From positions 102,300,001-102,364,000 of the forward strand of contig NC_043001.1 of NCBI RefSeq assembly GCF_006345805.1: a stretch of 64,000 nucleotides of DNA. The letters run 5' to 3'. Source of the DNA: Octopus sinensis (lineage: Eukaryota). Numbering within the stretch: position 1 is the stretch's first letter; the number at the start of each line of letters is the position of its first letter. The translations under genes were made by a program, and so were the position numbers. Of the stretch, positions 63,582 to 64,000 are shown piece by piece. The notes beneath the pieces are model-generated. The model was not told the origin of the DNA and made no database searches. It worked only from the letters and a program-made list of their open reading frames with translations.

Positions 63582-63785
63582 TTAAACATTTGAATTTCAT
63601 CTCTATCATTTCTGTGTGTGTTAGATGGAATAGCAATTCTCTCTCTCTCTCTCTCTCTTTCTCGGTCTGCATGTGTGTGTGTAGTCCACAAGATCTGTCT
63701 GTTTCATTTTAGTGCACCCCAGACATTGAAAAATTCTAAGGATATAAAAATTGTATATATCTTGAGACCTGCCTCTGTATGGATA

Positions 63786-64000
63786 TATGAGATGGTATCA
63801 AAAAGTTCCCAGACTAGTTATGTTTAATAAAAAATAACTTATCTACCTAAGTCTTAACATTATCTCCTTTGAAATAGTCGCCCTGCATGGCTATACACTC
63901 GGCCCAGCATTGCTACCACTTTTGGAATCCAGCCTGGAAGTCGAGTGAAGGACCTTCTGTGATTTGCTCTTGATCTCAACCACAGTGTTACAATGACAAC
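63786..64000 (-). mobile_element. mariner-family element, right end (runs off the window)
   Basis: TIR-like tatgagatggtatcaaaaagttcc after TA; the minus strand decodes to GFQKW*QCWAECIAMQGDYFKGDNV*, a typical mariner C-terminus. Confidence 0.75.

Overview
AT-rich, repeat-dense eukaryotic DNA, most likely octopus. That assignment is inferred from recognisable tRNA-derived SINE families and RTE-derived repeats with (GAT)n tails. Only one host coding exon is well supported: a 102-nt minus-strand exon (11430-11531) encoding the C-lobe/AGC-tail junction of a Greatwall (MASTL)-like kinase. I could not find its neighbouring exons, so most of the window reads as intron. The largest feature is a full-length but inactivated ~3.84-kb RTE LINE (11772-15612) with a 19-bp TSD. 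It lies antisense to the exon, ~220 nt from its acceptor, and has a structured 5' UTR. The rest is a fossil mosaic of SINEs (several nested, with clean TSDs), truncated RTE copies, CR1-like and I-group LINE scraps, piggyBac-type and hAT non-autonomous elements, mariner/Tc1/pogo/hAT transposase relics and microsatellites. There is no CRISPR array, tRNA gene or rRNA, and I found no clearly novel biological system. The best leads are the RTE and its 5' RNA structure, the isolated kinase exon, closely spaced inverted SINE pairs (candidate ADAR substrates) and a piggyBac-type family with shared TIRs. All analysis was by eye, and repeat boundaries without TSD/TIR support are approximate.
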